A stretch of DNA of 64,000 nucleotides from an uncultured Pelagibacteraceae bacterium (GTDB lineage Bacteria > Pseudomonadota > Alphaproteobacteria > Pelagibacterales > Pelagibacteraceae): positions 28,566-92,565 of the forward strand of contig CACORY010000001.1 of the NCBI GenBank assembly GCA_902629695.1. Reading direction: 5' to 3'. Numbering within the stretch: position 1 is the first letter of the stretch; the number at the start of each line of letters is the position of its first letter. Of this stretch, positions 62,810 to 64,000 are shown piece after piece. The translations under genes were made by a program, and so were the position numbers. A model generated the notes under the pieces. It saw nothing but the letters and a program-made list of their open reading frames with translations. It searched no databases and was not told the DNA's origin.

Positions 62810-63619
62810 ATGAAAAAAAAAATTGATTGTATAACTTTTTTTGATAACAATTTTATGTTTGACTTCAGATATAATGTGCTAAAAAATTATGTAGATAAGT
62901 TTATTGTTTGTGAATCGTTATATGATCATAGAAATAACAAAAAGGGAATAAATTTTGATCCAGAAAAAAAATATATTAATGATCCACAAATTTTACATAT
63001 AGTTATAGAAAAGCCATTTCCAAAGAATACTAATGCTTGGCAAAACCAAGCAATTCAAAGAGATTACATTATTAAGAAATTAAATTTTGCTGAAGATAAC
63101 GATTTTATTTTTTTTTCTGATCCTGATGAAATCTTAAATCCTGAAGTATTAAAAAATTTTGATTTAAAAAAAAAATATGGAATATTTTTACAAAGATTTT
63201 TTAATTATAAGTTTAATATATTTAATTCATACGAAAGTCCTTGGGAGGGAACAAAAGTTTGCAAAAAAAAAGATTTGAAATCAATCGATTTTATGCGTGA
63301 AAAAGTAAGAAAAAAAAATCTTATATACAAGTTTTATAGATTTGATAAAGAAAAAAATATTCAAATTTTTGAAAATGCTGGATGGCATTTTAACAATATT
63401 ATGTCACCAGAAATGATATCAAAAAAATTGAAAACATTTGCTCATAATGAATACAGCTCAGAGGAATTTTCATCTGTTGAGACAATTAGAGCCAAGATTA
63501 AAGAAAAAATTGATTTATTTAATAGAAATGAAAAATATGAAGTAGTTAAAATTGATGAAGGTTTTCCTAAATATTTACTAGATAATTTGTTAAAATTTAA
63601 AGATTATATAGCTAATTAA
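62810..63619 (+). CDS. Glycosyltransferase family 17-like protein
   Basis: [35 protein letters not shown]. Confidence 0.75.
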   Translation: MKKKIDCITFFDNNFMFDFRYNVLKNYVDKFIVCESLYDHRNNKKGINFDPEKKYINDPQILHIVIEKPFPKNTNAWQNQAIQRDYIIKKLNFAEDNDFIFFSDPDEILNPEVLKNFDLKKKYGIFLQRFFNYKFNIFNSYESPWEGTKVCKKKDLKSIDFMREKVRKKNLIYKFYRFDKEKNIQIFENAGWHFNNIMSPEMISKKLKTFAHNEYSSEEFSSVETIRAKIKEKIDLFNRNEKYEVVKIDEGFPKYLLDNLLKFKDYIAN

Positions 63620-63624
63620 GCAAA

Positions 63625-63714
63625 GGAGAGGTGGCCGAGTGGTTGAAGGCGCACGCTTGGAAAGCGTGTATAGGGGAAACTCTATCATGGGTTCGAATCC
63701 CATTCTCTCCGCCA
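63625..63714 (+). tRNA. tRNA-Ser(GGA)
   Basis: GGAGAGG/TCTCTCC acceptor stem, CACGC-TTGGAAA-GCGTG anticodon arm, long variable arm, GTTCGAATCC, encoded CCA. Confidence 0.97.
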
Positions 63715-63732
63715 TATATAATTAACATATTC

Positions 63733-64000
63733 TTAATTATCAAAAAAAGTAATTTGGCAAGTCGTTGTTTTAAAATTCTTTTTAAACCAATAAGGCATAA
63801 ATCTTTCAGCTAAAAATCCATAAATTCTTTTTTTTTCATACCCTTCAAGGTTAAAATTCTTAAATTCATTTTCACATTTAAATAACCAAGGAAATATTTC
63901 ATTATAGAATTGATGTAAAATTTTTGTATTTTTACAAATAAACATATTGTAAGGATTAAGTTCATATCTATTTAAAAATTCAATAAAGCCATTTTTATCA
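63733..64000 (-). CDS. DUF4422-like glycosyltransferase-related protein (5' part outside window)
   Basis: Frame open to the window end; NPYNMFI..Y...FPWL..E..GY...[10 protein letters not shown] motif. Confidence 0.7.
   Translation of the reverse strand, partial: DKNGFIEFLNRYELNPYNMFICKNTKILHQFYNEIFPWLFKCENEFKNFNLEGYEKKRIYGFLAERFMPYWFKKNFKTTTCQITFFDN

Noticed and set aside
4868-62850. Numerous 60-150 aa ORFs antisense to or nested in core genes (e.g. 4868-5203, 8128-8395, 21644-21952, 27229-27672)
   Set aside because: Shadow ORFs of well-supported genes, with no motifs or expression signals.
63631-63813. 60-aa [15 protein letters not shown]...
   Set aside because: Translation of tRNA-Ser sequence.
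1-64000. CRISPR arrays, IS elements, prophage, rRNA
   Set aside because: No regularly spaced repeats, transposase, integrase or phage ORFs, or rRNA-like sequence were found.

Overview
AT-rich, densely packed alphaproteobacterial chromosome segment whose gene content, order and compaction point to Pelagibacterales (SAR11). It is mostly core genome: lnt-metK-nusA-infB-rbfA-rpsO-pnp; fabA-fabB-fabI; irr; ubiE-ubiB-coaBC-dut-moeB; mutM-rpsT-dnaA-dnaN; argH-lysA; carD-fdxA-helicase; aceE-aceF; gltDB; thrS-infC-rpmI-rplT-pheST-lepA; and three tRNAs (Leu-CAA, Arg-ACG, Ser-GGA). No CRISPR array, integrase, transposase or prophage was seen. The most notable observations are: (1) an unannotated stand-alone transcription unit encoding a 25-aa protamine/histone-H1-like peptide (19 of 25 residues K/R), convergent with a CarD that has a long H1-like basic N-terminal extension; (2) an irr-linked peroxide-defence locus in which katG carries an Irr (ICE) box, while the rubrerythrin/Fe-S oxidoreductase/DUF3501 module appears reduced to DUF3501 plus a short C-terminal remnant; (3) several microproteins below the ORF-track cutoff; (4) a lipoyl domain fused to the homodimeric E1 (AceE); and (5) several candidate regulatory repeats. 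All functional calls come from motif recognition by eye, and no database searches were run.
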